Source of the DNA: Actinomycetota bacterium
GTDB taxonomy: Bacteria; Armatimonadota; SYMT01
Assembly (NCBI GenBank): GCA_005805375.1
Contig: SYMT01000553.1
Span: 1-55,304, forward strand
Reading direction: 5' to 3'
Length of the DNA: 55,304 nt
The position numbers and the translations under genes are program-made. The notes beneath the pieces are model-generated. The model was not told the origin of the DNA. It searched no databases and saw only the letters and a program-made list of their open reading frames with translations. Shown here piece by piece: positions 53,853 through 55,304 of the stretch (positions are counted from its first letter, which is position 1; each line of letters opens with the position of its first letter).

Positions 53853-54619
53853 CGTCGTGTTCCGTGGGCCAGCCAGGCATAGAGTAGTCCGCCGGACAGA
53901 CGGTCCAGTCGGAAGTGAGGTTCCAGGAGTGCGTGGAATTCGGCGCGCGAAAAGCGTCGAAAGTACATTTGGCCCGAGTGCATCCCCTCACCGGGCAACC
54001 AGGGGAGCCTGCGGTATGCGGACACGACCGCACGTCCTCCGCCGGCGAGGGCTCCTGCCATCCCTGCGATCACGCGGGAGCGCAGCAGGGGATCCGGGAC
54101 GTGTTCCAGCATTTGCGCAGCGACGGCATGGGTCGCCCACCCGGGGCGCACTGGAGGGGCGAACGCCTCACCCTGCGCCAGTATCACCCGAGCGCGCTCT
54201 GCCGGCGCCAGCTTAGCGTGCAGCACACGCAGTGATTCGATCGAGTGATCCACCGCGAGCACCCTGGCGCCGGTCCGCAGGATCGGCAGAGTCAGTCGCC
54301 CGGTCCCGCAGCCTACCTCAAACACCCGGCTGTCGCGATTCAGGCCAAGCGGGCTGAGCGTTGCTGGAATCTCCCAGGGCGAAATGATCCTGAGCCCGGG
54401 CAGCCGGTCGTAGATAGACGCCTCCGCATCCCGTTGGCGTCGCTCGCGGTCCACCAGATCGGCCGAGCCGCCTGGGACGCTCCGGGGCAGGAGCACGGAC
54501 ACCTCACCCGTCACTGGGAAACAGCCGGCACACTGAGTGCATCGGAGGGACCGGTCACTCTCCCAGAACAGGTCGGCTCCGTCATCAGGACAGGCGAGGG
54601 CGTCGAGCGGTGGCTTCAC
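53849..54619 (-). CDS. Class I SAM-dependent methyltransferase with an N-terminal Trm112-like zinc-ribbon segment
   Basis: The start is GTG 54619. The N-terminus is [28 protein letters not shown]. Motif I is [16 protein letters not shown]. The stop overlaps the glyQ ATG (ATGA, 53849-53852). Confidence 0.8.
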   Translation of the reverse strand: MKPPLDALACPDDGADLFWESDRSLRCTQCAGCFPVTGEVSVLLPRSVPGGSADLVDRERRQRDAEASIYDRLPGLRIISPWEIPATLSPLGLNRDSRVFEVGCGTGRLTLPILRTGARVLAVDHSIESLRVLHAKLAPAERARVILAQGEAFAPPVRPGWATHAVAAQMLEHVPDPLLRSRVIAGMAGALAGGGRAVVSAYRRLPWLPGEGMHSGQMYFRRFSRAEFHALLEPHFRLDRLSGGLLYAWLAHGTRR

Positions 54620-54642
54620 AGTGGGCAGGAGGAGCGTATGAG

Positions 54643-55275
54643 CTACAACTCCAATGCAAGCGCCAGTCCTTCAACCCCTTCGACCCCGTCGCCCGACACC
54701 TTGGAGACCTTTCGTTTGATTCGCGCGAGTGCGTTATCCACCGACTTCGTCTTGCAGCGCAGCTCCTCGGCGATCTCGCGATAGGACTTTCCCAGTTGGT
54801 ATCCAGCGAGGACGCGCCATTCAAACTCGCTCAGGAGTTGTTGCAGCATTTCCTGAAGGGCCTCGCTGTCCTCGCGCTGCAGTACCAGTTCTTCGGGATC
54901 CGCGTTCTCATCGGTGTGGAGAATGTCCGACATGTTCCAGTCGGAAAACTCGTCTTCCGAAGGGACTTCGAGGGAGAGCGACGTGTTGAGCGGAAGTTGC
55001 TTCTGCCGCGTAGCCGCCTTGATCGCCGTGATAATGTGGCGATGAATACAGACCTTGGCAAACGCCGGGAACGACGTGGCTTTGGCGGGCTTGTAGTCTA
55101 CAATCGCCTGCCAGAGTCCGATCATCCCTACCTGAAGCAGGTCCTCGCGCTCGGCGCCCACCAGGAAGTAGGATTTCACCTTGGACCGGACCAGGTTTCG
55201 GTACTTGTAAAGCAGGTGCTCCGCAGCGTCTTCGTATCCTCGCTGGGCCATTGAGACCACGTGGCCGTCCGGCAT
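54643..55275 (-). CDS. Sigma-70-family RNA polymerase sigma factor of the SigH (Spo0H-like) type
   Basis: From memory, YKYRNLVRSKVKSYFLVGAEREDLLQVGMIGLWQAIVDY ... FAKVCIHRHIITAIKAATRQKQLPLN ... SYREIAEELRCKTKSVDNALARIKRKV closely parallels Bacillus SigH (YRNFVRAKARSYFLIGADREDIVQEGMIGL..., ITAIKTATRQKHIPLN, KSIDNALQRVKRK). Confidence 0.85.
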   Translation of the reverse strand: MPDGHVVSMAQRGYEDAAEHLLYKYRNLVRSKVKSYFLVGAEREDLLQVGMIGLWQAIVDYKPAKATSFPAFAKVCIHRHIITAIKAATRQKQLPLNTSLSLEVPSEDEFSDWNMSDILHTDENADPEELVLQREDSEALQEMLQQLLSEFEWRVLAGYQLGKSYREIAEELRCKTKSVDNALARIKRKVSKVSGDGVEGVEGLALALEL

Positions 55276-55304
55276 TCCGTTGTACCGGGCGCCGGCCGCA
55301 CCGG

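Overview
This is a high-GC bacterial chromosomal segment (roughly two-thirds G+C by eye), densely coding, with about 40 supportable genes and no rRNA, tRNA, CRISPR array or intact mobile element. Many long ORFs in the track are antisense shadow ORFs typical of GC-rich DNA. Several true genes start well inside the listed ORF.

The envelope and housekeeping content suggests a diderm of the Terrabacteria type (Armatimonadota-, Deinococcota- or cyanobacteria-like). That content comprises an SLH-anchored beta-barrel porin, LptD, sigma-H-type sigma factor, glyQ, lepB, Uma2 and DUF4351 nucleases. The taxonomic placement is inference only.

Most notable content:
1. A tightly coupled seven-gene plus-strand operon (23.7-33.2 kb) built around a condensation-free NRPS-like A-T-R reductase. 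It also encodes an AsnB-type amidotransferase, a cupin/2OG-like oxygenase, a methyltransferase, two dehydrogenases and a NadR-type NMN adenylyltransferase/ribosylnicotinamide kinase. I cannot assign it to any known pathway.
2. A freestanding archaeal-type ThrRS editing-domain (DTD-like) protein, start/stop-overlapped with an MFS transporter and a GT4 glycosyltransferase.
3. A Rpn/DUF4351 nuclease-like gene translationally coupled inside a redox-enzyme operon.
4. A LepB signal peptidase whose nucleophile Ser is encoded as Cys.
5. An orphan promoter-to-terminator unit (33.26-33.68 kb) carrying a Shine-Dalgarno-led 11-codon mini-ORF, an overlapping 60-codon ORF and several hairpins.
6. A GGAAACC repeat array in a divergent intergenic region.
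7. A 1.2-kb stretch (20.9-22.15 kb) that has coding periodicity but no clean gene.

All functional calls come from motif recognition by eye. No database search was run.
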